DNA of 64,000 nt from assembly GCA_004552305.1 (NCBI GenBank), contig SFOX01000008.1, forward strand, positions 8-64,007, read 5' to 3'. The DNA comes from Subdoligranulum variabile. GTDB lineage: Bacteria; Bacillota; Clostridia; Oscillospirales; Ruminococcaceae. Below the pieces are notes generated by a model, which saw nothing but the letters and a program-made list of their open reading frames with translations, was not told the origin of the DNA and searched no databases. The stretch's first letter is position 1; every line of letters begins with the position of its first letter. Made by a program: the position numbers and the translations under genes. Positions 26,862 to 37,508 of the stretch are shown here, piece after piece.

Positions 26862-28481
26862 ATGGCAACCAAGTATATTTTTGTCACAGGCGGTGTTGTG
26901 TCCGGGTTGGGAAAGGGCATCACCGCCGCCAGTCTGGGGCGGCTGCTGAAAACCCGCGGGCTGAAGGTCGCCAGCCAAAAGCTGGACCCGTACATCAACG
27001 TGGACCCCGGCACGATGAGCCCCTTGCAGCACGGCGAGGTGTTCGTGACCGACGACGGCACCGAAACGGATCTGGACTTGGGACATTATGAACGTTTTAT
27101 CGACGAAAACCTGAACAAATATTCCAACCTGACCACCGGCAAGGTCTACTGGAACGTGCTGAACAAGGAGCGTCAGGGCGCGTATCTGGGGCAGACCGTG
27201 CAGATCATCCCCCACATCACCGACGAGATCAAGAGCTACATCTACAACCTTGCCCGCAGCACCGAGGCGGACGTTGTCATTACCGAAATCGGCGGCACGA
27301 CCGGCGACATCGAAAGCCAGCCTTTTTTGGAAGCGATCCGTCAGGTCGGGCTGGAGCAGGGCGCCGAAAACTGCTGCTACATCCATGTGGTGCTGGTGCC
27401 GTACATCTCCGGCTCGGACGAGTACAAGTCCAAGCCGGCGCAGCATTCCTGCAAGGAGCTGCAGGGCATGGGCATTGCGCCCAACGTCATTGTGCTGCGC
27501 GCCGATGGTCCCGTGGGCAACGATATCAAGCACAAAATCAGTATGTTCTGCAACGTGCGCCCCGACTGTGTCATTGAAAACCTGACGATGCCCAGCCTGT
27601 ACGAGTGTCCGCTGATGCTGGATGCCGCCGGGCTGACCGACGTCGTGACCCGCCAGCTGCATCTTGACACCCCCGCCAGCGACCTGACCGAATGGAAGGA
27701 GCTGATCGGGCGCATTGCTGCGCGCAGCCGCACCTGCCGCATTGCGCTGGTGGGCAAGTATGTCAAGCTGCACGACGCCTACCTGAGCGTGATGGAAAGC
27801 CTGTACCACGCGGGCTTTGAGAACGAGTGCAAGGTGGATATCCGCTGGGTGGACAGCGAAAATCTGACCGATCAGGCACGCTGCGCCGAGGAATTTGCCG
27901 ATGTGGACGGCATCATCCTGCCCGGCGGATTTGGCGACCGCGGCATCGAAGGGATGATCCAGGCTGCCCGCTATGCCCGCGAAAACAACCTGCCGTATTT
28001 CGGCATCTGCCTGGGTATGCAGATCATGGTGATGGAGTACGCGCGCGGCGTGCTGGGCTATGCGGACGCCAACTCCGGCGAGTTTACCCCCGACGGTGCG
28101 CACAACGTCATTGCCCTGATGCCCGACCAGCAGGGCAATATCCCCAAGGGCGGCACGATGCGCTTGGGCAAGTACCCCTGCGCGGTCACCCCCGGCACCA
28201 AGATGGCGGAATGCTACGGCACCGCCCAGATCGACGAGCGCCACCGCCACCGCTACGAGTTCAACAACGATTACCGCGCCGAGTTTGAGGAGAAGGGGCT
28301 TGTCATTGCAGGCACCAGCCCCGACGGGCATCTGGTGGAAGCGGTGGAGATCCCGGGACGCGCGTTCCATGTGGGCGTGCAGTTCCACCCCGAATTCAAG
28401 AGCCGCCCCAACCGCGCCCACCCGCTGTTTAAAGGGTTTATTGCGGCCGCGATGCAATACCAGCTGCAGAAGAACCAATAA
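26862..28481 (+). CDS. pyrG: CTP synthase
   Basis: 539 aa. [19 protein letters not shown], and the GATase motif GICLGMQ. Confidence 0.97.
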   Translation: MATKYIFVTGGVVSGLGKGITAASLGRLLKTRGLKVASQKLDPYINVDPGTMSPLQHGEVFVTDDGTETDLDLGHYERFIDENLNKYSNLTTGKVYWNVLNKERQGAYLGQTVQIIPHITDEIKSYIYNLARSTEADVVITEIGGTTGDIESQPFLEAIRQVGLEQGAENCCYIHVVLVPYISGSDEYKSKPAQHSCKELQGMGIAPNVIVLRADGPVGNDIKHKISMFCNVRPDCVIENLTMPSLYECPLMLDAAGLTDVVTRQLHLDTPASDLTEWKELIGRIAARSRTCRIALVGKYVKLHDAYLSVMESLYHAGFENECKVDIRWVDSENLTDQARCAEEFADVDGIILPGGFGDRGIEGMIQAARYARENNLPYFGICLGMQIMVMEYARGVLGYADANSGEFTPDGAHNVIALMPDQQGNIPKGGTMRLGKYPCAVTPGTKMAECYGTAQIDERHRHRYEFNNDYRAEFEEKGLVIAGTSPDGHLVEAVEIPGRAFHVGVQFHPEFKSRPNRAHPLFKGFIAAAMQYQLQKNQ

Positions 28482-28548
28482 TAGAGTTAAGAGTTGAGCG
28501 TGTAGAGTTTAGATTTTGTGTGCCCGCTATGCGGGCACATTTTTTTAT
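28482..28548 (+). repeat. Heptad-repeat + terminator-hairpin module (M6); starts at the base after the pyrG stop
   Basis: TAGAGTT AAGAGTT GAGCGTG TAGAGTT TAGATTT TG TGTGCCCGC-tat-GCGGGCACA TTTTTTT. Confidence 0.85.
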
Positions 28549-28861
28549 GGGGCAACAAAAAATCATGGCGCGGTAGGGGCGGGGTATGCCCCGCCCGCGA
28601 TTTTGCGGGAATTACAATATTACGGGTGGGTTGTAGGGGCGGCATATATGCCGCCCGTTGCAGCCAACCCGGTAATGCGATATAACGGGCAAACCGCACG
28701 GGACGCCTATAGGCGTCCCCTACAAACCTGCCGGAAAAGCCATACACAAAACACATTGCCGTGTAGGGGCGGTCATTGACCGCCCGTTGCAGCCATCCCG
28801 GCAGCGCAGCCTGACGGGTAAACCCCACGGGCGAGCCATCCTCGCCCCTACAACCAAAGGG
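28549..28861. repeat. REP/BIME-like cluster
   Basis: Units ggtaggggcggggtatgccccgccc, gtaggggcggcatatatgccgccc, gggacgcctataggcgtcccctac, gtaggggcggtcattgaccgccc, gggcgagccatcctcgcccctac. Confidence 0.85.
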
Positions 28862-28930
28862 GGAATTGCCATAAAATAAAAATGTGTCCGCTTAGCGGAC
28901 ACACCAAATCTCAACTCTAAACTCTTAACT
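28862..28930 (-). repeat. Heptad-repeat + hairpin module (M7), inverted relative to M6
   Basis: Minus strand reads aagagtg gaaagtt aagagtt tagagtt gagattt ggtgtgtccgc-taa-gcggacac atttttatttt. Confidence 0.85.
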
Positions 28931-29155
28931 TTCCACTCTTCAAAAATGTTTACAACTTTTTTGAAACATACGCCCCCGGAATCTCGTACTATACAATATA
29001 GCAGCAAGGGCAGGCAAGATACATCAAAATCCGCACAATTTTCGCGGTTTTCCCCTGCGCAATCTTGGCAGATTTTTCTCTTGTTTTTCGTAGCTGCGTT
29101 GGTATATAATAGTGCATCGTCCGAAAGGGCGTATCCGTTCAAAAGGAGCTTGTTT

Positions 29156-29827
29156 ATGCGAAATTGGTGCGCGCGCCATCCCGTTGGCTTTATGGCGCTT
29201 TATACCTTGTTTTACTTAACCTTTTTTGCGCTGCTGGAAAAAACCGTTACGGTGCCTGATTTGTGGGTACACTGCCGGCTGGATGACCTGATCCCGTTTT
29301 GCAAGTATGCCATTGTGCCGTATGCAGTGTGGTTTCCGTGGATACCTTTCACACTGTTTTACCTTTTATATAAGGCGCCGCGCCGGGATTTCTGGCGGCT
29401 GTGCCTGCCGCTGTTCGGCGGTATGACGCTGGCGCTGCTGTTCTACGCCGTTGTCCCCAACGGTCTTGCCCTGCGCCCCGCCTATGTGCCAGGGCAGGAT
29501 ATCTTTGCCTGCGCCGTGCGCCGCCTTTACCGCAGCGACACCCCCACCAACGTCTGCCCGTCCATCCATGTGTTCAACTCGGTCACGCTGATGCTGGCGT
29601 ACCTGCGCTCGTCCTGCTTTGCCGCACCGCGCCGCCGCTGGATGCGCCCCACCGCCGTGGTGCTGTGCCTGTCCATCACGGCGTCCACCATGCTGCTGAA
29701 GCAGCACAGCGTCATTGACGTGCTGTTCGGCGCACTGCTGGCACTGGCGCTGGACTACGCCGCCGCCGTGCTGGAGCGTCAGGGCATCCCCGAGCGCCGC
29801 TCCCGCCGCCTGCCGCAGCAAATTTAA
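29156..29827 (+). CDS. PAP2-family membrane phosphatase/phosphotransferase
   Basis: 223 aa from the ATG after AAGGAG. PSIHV and QHSVIDV motifs, polytopic. Confidence 0.8.
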   Translation: MRNWCARHPVGFMALYTLFYLTFFALLEKTVTVPDLWVHCRLDDLIPFCKYAIVPYAVWFPWIPFTLFYLLYKAPRRDFWRLCLPLFGGMTLALLFYAVVPNGLALRPAYVPGQDIFACAVRRLYRSDTPTNVCPSIHVFNSVTLMLAYLRSSCFAAPRRRWMRPTAVVLCLSITASTMLLKQHSVIDVLFGALLALALDYAAAVLERQGIPERRSRRLPQQI

Positions 29828-29835
29828 CGATCTGG

Positions 29836-29867
29836 ATTCCCCGCGTTCCGACGCGGGGAATTTTTTG
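29836..29867 (+). terminator. Intrinsic terminator
   Basis: attccccgcg-ttccga-cgcggggaat followed by ttttt. Confidence 0.8.
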
Positions 29868-29991
29868 TATATCTCATTAGACATTGTGTCTAAATATTTA
29901 CCCCCGTCTTTGGCGCTAATGCTGATTTTGTTGGTCAGTTTCCACAAAATACTTGCACATTTTTCCCTGCGTGTTATGATATGTTTAATAA

Positions 29992-31512
<1,521 letters not shown>

Positions 31513-31516
31513 CACC

Positions 31517-32947
31517 ATGAAGGACGTTATCATTATCGGGGCGGGCGTGGCAGGCTGCGCTGCCGCCCGGGAAATCAGCCGATACAACGCGGATATTCTG
31601 GTTTTGGAAAAAGAGGAGGATGTCTGCTGCGGCACCTCCAAGGCCAACAGCGCCATTGTACACGCGGGCTTTGACGCCGCCGCCGGCAGCCTGATGGCAG
31701 AGCTGAACGTGCAGGGCAGCCGTATGATGCCCGCCCTTGCCAAGGAGCTGGATTTTGCCTACGACCCGTGCGGCAGTCTGGTGGTCTGCCTGTCGGACGC
31801 GGACCGCCCCGCCCTGCAAAAGCTGTACGAAAACGGCGTTGCCAACGGCGTGGAGGGGCTGCGCATCATCGAGCGCGATGAGCTGTTGGCGATGGAGCCG
31901 AATATCTCGGATGAGGCGGTCGCTGCGCTGTGGGCGCCCACCGGGGGCATCGTCTGCCCGTTCGGGCTGACCTTTGCCTTTGCCGAAAACGCTGCCAAAA
32001 ACGGCGCACAGTTCCAATTTGACACCTGTGTGACCGGGCTGGAAAAAATCGACGGCGGCTGGCGTGTGCATACCGACAAGGGCGACTTGGACGCGCGAAG
32101 TGTGGTGAACGCCGCCGGGGTCCATGCGGACGAGCTGCACAACATGGTAAGTGACGATACGATGACGATTATCCCGCGCCGGGGCGATTACTTCCTGCTG
32201 GATCACAGCGCGGGCGGACACGTTAAGCACACGGTGTTCCAGCTGCCCGGCAAGTACGGCAAGGGCGTGCTGGTCACCCCCACGGTACACGGCAACCTGC
32301 TGGTGGGACCCACCGCCACCGACATTGACGACAAGGAAAACACCGCCACCACCGCCGCCGAGCTGGACGAGGTGCGCCAAAAATCCGGTCTGGCGGTCAA
32401 AAACATCCCGCTGCGCCAGACCATTACCAGCTTCAGCGGTCTGCGCGCCCACGAGGTACACCACGAGTTTATCATCCGCGAAAGCGCCCCCGCCTTTGTG
32501 GACTGCGCGGGCATCGAGTCGCCGGGGCTGTCCGCCAGCCCTGCCATCGGGCAAAAGGTTGCGGGCATCGTGGCGGACATTCTGCATCTGGAAAAAGACC
32601 CCGCCTTTGACGGCACCCGCAAGGGCATTCTGGACCCCAAAACGCTGCCGCTGGCAGAGCGCGCCGAGCTGGTGCGCCGCCAGCCTGCCTACGGGCAGAT
32701 CCTCTGCCGCTGCGAGTCGGTGACCGAGGGCGAAATTCTGGACGCCATCCGCCGCACGCCGGGCGCGCGCAGCTTGGACGGCGTCAAGCGCCGCACCCGC
32801 GCCGGGATGGGGCGCTGCCAGTCCGGCTTCTGCAGCCCGCGCGTGATGGAAATTTTGGCGCGTGAGCTGGGCAAGCCGATCGAAAGCATTACAAAATCAG
32901 GCGGTGCATCGCGCATTATTGTGGGTATCGACAAGGACAGCCTGTAA
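31517..32947 (+). CDS. FAD-dependent glycerol-3-phosphate dehydrogenase/oxidase-like protein with a BFD-like [2Fe-2S] domain
   Basis: 476 aa. IIGAGVAGCAAA, and C-terminal CRCESVTEGEI...CQSGFC. Confidence 0.85.
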   Translation: MKDVIIIGAGVAGCAAAREISRYNADILVLEKEEDVCCGTSKANSAIVHAGFDAAAGSLMAELNVQGSRMMPALAKELDFAYDPCGSLVVCLSDADRPALQKLYENGVANGVEGLRIIERDELLAMEPNISDEAVAALWAPTGGIVCPFGLTFAFAENAAKNGAQFQFDTCVTGLEKIDGGWRVHTDKGDLDARSVVNAAGVHADELHNMVSDDTMTIIPRRGDYFLLDHSAGGHVKHTVFQLPGKYGKGVLVTPTVHGNLLVGPTATDIDDKENTATTAAELDEVRQKSGLAVKNIPLRQTITSFSGLRAHEVHHEFIIRESAPAFVDCAGIESPGLSASPAIGQKVAGIVADILHLEKDPAFDGTRKGILDPKTLPLAERAELVRRQPAYGQILCRCESVTEGEILDAIRRTPGARSLDGVKRRTRAGMGRCQSGFCSPRVMEILARELGKPIESITKSGGASRIIVGIDKDSL

Positions 32948-32962
32948 GGGGGGAAAGACCAA

Positions 32963-34222
32963 GTGAAAAACGCAGATCTCGTGATTTTGGGCGGCGGTCC
33001 TGCCGGGCTTGCCGCAGCGCTGGCCGCACGGCAGGCGGGCGTGCAGGATATTTTGATTCTGGAGCGCGACGCCGAGCTGGGCGGTATTCTGAACCAGTGC
33101 ATCCACAACGGCTTCGGGCTGCATACCTTTAAAGAGGAGCTGACGGGTCCCGAGTACGCCGCCCGCTTTGCCGACAAGGTCAAGGCGCAGGGCATCCCCT
33201 ACAAGCTGAACACGATGGTGATGGACCTGTCTGCCGACAAGGTCGTAACCGCGATGAACCGCACCGACGGGCTGTTTCAGGTGCAGGCGAAGGCGGTCGT
33301 GCTGGCGATGGGCTGCCGCGAGCGCCCGCGCGGTGCGCTGAACATCCCTGGCACCCGCCCGGCGGGCATCTTTACCGCAGGTACCGCGCAGCGCCTTGTG
33401 AATATGGAGGGCTACCTGCCCGGACGCCGCGTGGTCATTTTGGGCAGCGGCGATATCGGGCTGATTATGGCGCGCCGTATGACGCTGGAGGGCGCGAAGG
33501 TTTTGTGTGTGGCGGAGCTGATGCCGTATTCCGGCGGGTTGAAGCGCAACATCGTGCAGTGCCTGAACGACTTTGACATTCCGCTCAAGCTCAGCCACAC
33601 CGTGGTGGACATCGAGGGCAAGGAGCGCGTGACCGGGGTGACGATCGCCGAGGTCAAAAACGGCAAGCCCGTACCCGGCACCGAGGAGCATTTTGCCTGC
33701 GACACGCTGCTGCTTTCCTGCGGACTTTTGCCCGAAAACGAGCTGAGCCGCACGGCGGGCGTGGCGCTAAGCCCCATCACGGGCGGACCGCAGGTGGACG
33801 AAAGCCTGCAGACCAGCATCCCCGGCGTGTTTGCCGCGGGCAATGTGCTGCACGTCCACGACTTGGTGGACTATGTTTCGGAGGAGGCTTCTGCCGCCGG
33901 AACCAGCGCTGCTGCGTATATTTTGCACGGTGCTGCCGCAGCAGGGCGAGCCTTACCCGTTGTGGCGCAAAACGGCGTGCGCTACACCGTGCCGGTAACG
34001 GTGCATCCGCAGGCTGCCGAAACGCTGACGCTGCGTATGCGTGTGGACAACGTCTACAAGGGCAAGGCGCTGGCGGTCTACGCGGGCGAAACCTGCCTGT
34101 GGCGGCGCAAGCGCCCCGTGATGGCCCCCGGCGAGATGGAAACCGTGGTGCTGAAGGCGGACGCGCTGGCAAAAATTCCCGCCGATGCCGCCAACCTGAC
34201 CGTGACTTTGGAGGAGGTGTAA
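32963..34222 (+). CDS. Pyridine nucleotide-disulfide oxidoreductase (partner subunit of the glp cluster)
   Basis: 419 aa. Two Rossmann motifs, ILGGGPAGLAAA and ILGSGDIGLIMA. GTG start. Confidence 0.85.
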   Translation: MKNADLVILGGGPAGLAAALAARQAGVQDILILERDAELGGILNQCIHNGFGLHTFKEELTGPEYAARFADKVKAQGIPYKLNTMVMDLSADKVVTAMNRTDGLFQVQAKAVVLAMGCRERPRGALNIPGTRPAGIFTAGTAQRLVNMEGYLPGRRVVILGSGDIGLIMARRMTLEGAKVLCVAELMPYSGGLKRNIVQCLNDFDIPLKLSHTVVDIEGKERVTGVTIAEVKNGKPVPGTEEHFACDTLLLSCGLLPENELSRTAGVALSPITGGPQVDESLQTSIPGVFAAGNVLHVHDLVDYVSEEASAAGTSAAAYILHGAAAAGRALPVVAQNGVRYTVPVTVHPQAAETLTLRMRVDNVYKGKALAVYAGETCLWRRKRPVMAPGEMETVVLKADALAKIPADAANLTVTLEEV

Positions 34223-34226
34223 CGCT

Positions 34227-34592
34227 ATGGAACAACGCGAACTGACCTGTATCGGCTGCCCGCTGGGCTGCCCCCTGACCGTTACGCTGGAAAACGGCGC
34301 CGTGCAGAGCGTGCAGGGCAACACCTGCCCCCGGGGCGATGCCTACGCCCGCAAGGAGGTGACCGCCCCCACCCGCATCGTGACCAGCACCGTCAGGGTG
34401 ACGGGCGGCACGCTGCCTGCCGTCAGTGTGAAAACGGCGGGGGATATCCCCAAGGGCAAAATTTTTGATTGCGTGCGCGCGTTAAAGGACATTGCCGTGC
34501 CGGCACCCGTAAGCATCGGGCAGGTCATTGTGCCGGATATTGCCGGAACCGGCGTTGCCATTGTGGCTACAAAAAATATCGACAAGGTGTAA
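34227..34592 (+). CDS. DUF1667 domain protein
   Basis: 121 aa. CIGCPLGCPL. The usual third gene of this clostridial glp set. Confidence 0.85.
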   Translation: MEQRELTCIGCPLGCPLTVTLENGAVQSVQGNTCPRGDAYARKEVTAPTRIVTSTVRVTGGTLPAVSVKTAGDIPKGKIFDCVRALKDIAVPAPVSIGQVIVPDIAGTGVAIVATKNIDKV

Positions 34593-34610
34593 AATCTGCA
34601 CCGTAACAGC

Positions 34611-34660
34611 AAAACAAGCGCGCCCCCTGCCGGATGACCCGGCAGGGGGCGCGCTTTGGT
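34611..34660. terminator. Bidirectional intrinsic terminator between convergent genes
   Basis: aagcgcgccccctgccgg-atga-cccggcagggggcgcgctt, flanked by A and T runs. Confidence 0.8.
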
Positions 34661-34679
34661 TCTTAAGTTTCGTTAGCTT

Positions 34680-34904
34680 TTACTGCTTCAGGGCGCGGAT
34701 GACGTGGTTCAGGTCCTGCTCGTTCTCGCAAACGATCTTGACAGGGTGGCTGTAATCCAGGCTCATCATACCCAGAATGCTCTTGGCATCGGCGATGCTG
34801 CCCTTTACATCGTGTACGCCGACATCGTTATAACACTTGGCGGCAGCAGACACGATTCCCTTCACTTCAGCAAAATTGGAAACCTTGACTTGTTTCACCA
34901 TCAT
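34680..34904 (-). CDS. HPr-like small protein lacking the His15 motif
   Basis: 74 aa from the ATG 5 nt after GGAGG. AKSILGMMSL matches the HPr Ser46 region. There is no GLHARPA-type His. Confidence 0.7.
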   Translation of the reverse strand: MMVKQVKVSNFAEVKGIVSAAAKCYNDVGVHDVKGSIADAKSILGMMSLDYSHPVKIVCENEQDLNHVIRALKQ

Positions 34905-35307
34905 AATGACCTCCAAACGTAATCGTGCGGCGGTGTTTTCCCACAAACAGGCGCCGTGCTGTAAGGCACCGGACCATCTTGCCCGTGTGTTTTCTTCCTT
35001 ACGCGGGATATTATAGCACAAATCCGGCGTGCTACACACCAAACACACACAACAACGTTGTCTTTCTATTTTCCGTACAAAAGCCACAAAAACGCATATT
35101 GGATTTTAGGCACTTCCACCAAAAACAAGCGCGAAAATTTGGCTTTGTTCACATACTTTATGTGTTTGCAAAAGATTTATTATGTGTTTGCAAATGATGA
35201 AAGTGAAAGAATACACAAAAGTGTTACTTTTGCCAAATCTTGACTGCGCGTGGGCTGCAAGCAAAACAACAAAACTACATAATTTGCGCAAAAATCGCAA
35301 ATTCCGG

Positions 35308-37470
35308 TTATTGCAGCCCCTTCATGGTCAGGGCTATGCGCTTTTTGGCGGTGTCTACGCTCAGGATTTTGACGCGCACAATATCGCCCACCTTCAAAGC
35401 CTCGCGCGGGTGCTTGATAAATTTGTCGCTGATCTGTGAAATATGCACCAGTCCGTCCTGATGCACGCCCAAATCCACAAACGCGCCAAAGTCAATGACG
35501 TTGCGCACAGTGCCGGTCATCTCCATGCCGGGCTTTAAATCCTCCAGGCTCATAATGTCGCTGCGCAGCAGGGGCTTGGGCAGGCTGTCGCGCACATCGC
35601 GCCCCGGCTTGCACAGCTCGGCAATGATGTCGTTCAGCGTCGGCTCGCCCACGCCCAAGGTGTCGCACAGGGTGCGGACGCCCTTGGCTTTGACCACGCC
35701 GGGCAGCCCTGCCAGCTTGTCGGTGCCGATCTCGGCGGCGGTGTAGCCGCAGGCATCCAGCAGCGCCTTGGCGGCAGGGTAGCTTTCGGGGTGAACGGCG
35801 GTGGCGTCCAGCCGGTTTTTGGCTTCGGGCAGGCGCAAGAATCCGGCGCACTGCTCATACGCCTTGGGACCCAGCCCCTTGACCTTTTTCAGCTGTGCGC
35901 GGGAGGTGAAGGCACCCTTCTCCTCGCGCCACGCCACAATATTTTTGGCGATGGCAGCGGTCACGCCTGCCACGCGGCGCAACAGGGGCGCACTGGCGGT
36001 GTTTAAATCCACGCCCACCGAGTTGACGCAGTCCTCCACCACGCCGTCCAGCGTTTCGTTCAGGCGCTTTTGCGGCATATCGTGCTGGTACTGCCCCACG
36101 CCGACCGCCTTGGGGTCGATCTTGACCAGCTCTGCCAGCGGGTCCTGCAGGCGGCGGGCGATGGACACGGCGCTGCGCAGGTTGACGTCAAACTGCGGGA
36201 ACTCCTCCGCCGCCAGCTTGGACGCCGAATACACCGACGCGCCCGCCTCGCTGACGACCATATATTGCAGATGCCGGTCGTTTTCCTGCGCCAACTCGCG
36301 GATGACCTCGGCGGCAAATTCCTCGGTTTCGTGTCCGGCGGTGCCGTTGCCGATGGCCATAACCTCGACACCGTTTTTCAAAACCATCGATTTGATGATC
36401 TTTTTGGCTTGGTCAACGCGCTTGAACTCCGGTACGGGGTAGACAACGTTGGTGTCCAGCACCTTGCCGGTGGGGTCCACAACGGCGACCTTGCAGCCCA
36501 TGCGGTAGCCGGGGTCCAGCCCCATAACGGTTTTGCCGCGGATGGGCGGCTGCAGCAAAAGCTGGCGCAGGTTGTCGCCGAAAACCTTGATGGCACCCTC
36601 GGCGGCGGCGTCCGACAGGGCGGTGCGCAGCTCGTTTTCCAAGCTGGGGTGGATCAGGCGGCTGTAGGCGTCGCGGGCGGCCTCGTCCACCAGCAGGGCG
36701 CTGGCGCCGCCGGTCTTTTTGCGGGCAAACATCCAGCTTACGATGCCGGCGGCGCGCTCGGCGTCCACCTCCAGCGCAACCTTCAAAAAGCCCTCGCGCT
36801 CGCCGCGGTCCAGCGCCAGCACGCGGTGACCGGGGATTTTGTTCAGCGGCTCGGCGTAGTCGTAATATTGGGCGTAGACGCTGTCCTCGTCCTTGGCTTT
36901 GGCGGCGGTGATGCGCCCGAACGCGCGGTAGTAGCGGCGCAGCTCGGCGCGGCAGGCGGCATCGTCCGAAACGGCTTCGGCGATGATGTCCTTGGCGCCC
37001 TGCAGTGCGGCATCGGCGTCGGGGACTTCATCGTTCAAGTAGTCGGCAGCGGCGGCTTGCGGGTCAAAAGCAGCGTCCTGACGCAAAATAGCGTCCGCCA
37101 GCGGCTGCAGCCCGCGCGCCTTGGCAATGCCCGCGCGGGTCTTGCGCTTGGGCTTGTAGGGGCGGTAGATGTCCTCGACCTCCGCCAGCGTTTTGGCGTT
37201 TTGCAGCGCGGCGGTCAGCTCGGGGGTCATAACGCCCTGCTCGGTGATGGAGCTGGTGACCTCGGTCTTGCGCTTGTCCAGACCGCGCAGATATTCTAGG
37301 CGGTCGCCCAAGGCGCGCAGCACCTGGTCGTCCATCGAGCCGGTGGCTTCCTTGCGGTAGCGGGCGATAAACGGGATGGTGTTGCCTTGGTCGATCAGAT
37401 CAATGGCACCCTGTACGTTTTTCAGGTTCAGGTTCAGTTCGGCGGCAAGTTGTTCGGCATGGGTTTGCAT
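35308..37470 (-). CDS. tex: Tex-like transcription accessory protein (S1 RNA-binding domain)
   Basis: 720 aa from MQTHAEQ. FIARYRKEATG, YqgF and HhH regions, C-terminal S1 domain (GTVRNVIDFGAFVDLGVHQDGLVHIS). Confidence 0.93.
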   Translation of the reverse strand: MQTHAEQLAAELNLNLKNVQGAIDLIDQGNTIPFIARYRKEATGSMDDQVLRALGDRLEYLRGLDKRKTEVTSSITEQGVMTPELTAALQNAKTLAEVEDIYRPYKPKRKTRAGIAKARGLQPLADAILRQDAAFDPQAAAADYLNDEVPDADAALQGAKDIIAEAVSDDAACRAELRRYYRAFGRITAAKAKDEDSVYAQYYDYAEPLNKIPGHRVLALDRGEREGFLKVALEVDAERAAGIVSWMFARKKTGGASALLVDEAARDAYSRLIHPSLENELRTALSDAAAEGAIKVFGDNLRQLLLQPPIRGKTVMGLDPGYRMGCKVAVVDPTGKVLDTNVVYPVPEFKRVDQAKKIIKSMVLKNGVEVMAIGNGTAGHETEEFAAEVIRELAQENDRHLQYMVVSEAGASVYSASKLAAEEFPQFDVNLRSAVSIARRLQDPLAELVKIDPKAVGVGQYQHDMPQKRLNETLDGVVEDCVNSVGVDLNTASAPLLRRVAGVTAAIAKNIVAWREEKGAFTSRAQLKKVKGLGPKAYEQCAGFLRLPEAKNRLDATAVHPESYPAAKALLDACGYTAAEIGTDKLAGLPGVVKAKGVRTLCDTLGVGEPTLNDIIAELCKPGRDVRDSLPKPLLRSDIMSLEDLKPGMEMTGTVRNVIDFGAFVDLGVHQDGLVHISQISDKFIKHPREALKVGDIVRVKILSVDTAKKRIALTMKGLQ

Positions 37471-37508
37471 AGGGTGGGTTCCTTTCCAAAAATAATACGA
37501 TACAACGT

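Noticed and set aside
26775-28478. 567-aa ORF antisense to pyrG, and similar long antisense ORFs at 92-1033, 1163-1924, 9600-10955, 12065-13249, 21323-22807, 24429-25865, 30445-31743, 31430-32587, 36070-37299, 54025-55620, 57563-59599 and 60578-61828
   Set aside because: These are shadow ORFs typical of GC-rich DNA. Each lies opposite a gene with clear family motifs, has a G/R/A/V/H/Q-rich low-complexity translation, and has no RBS.
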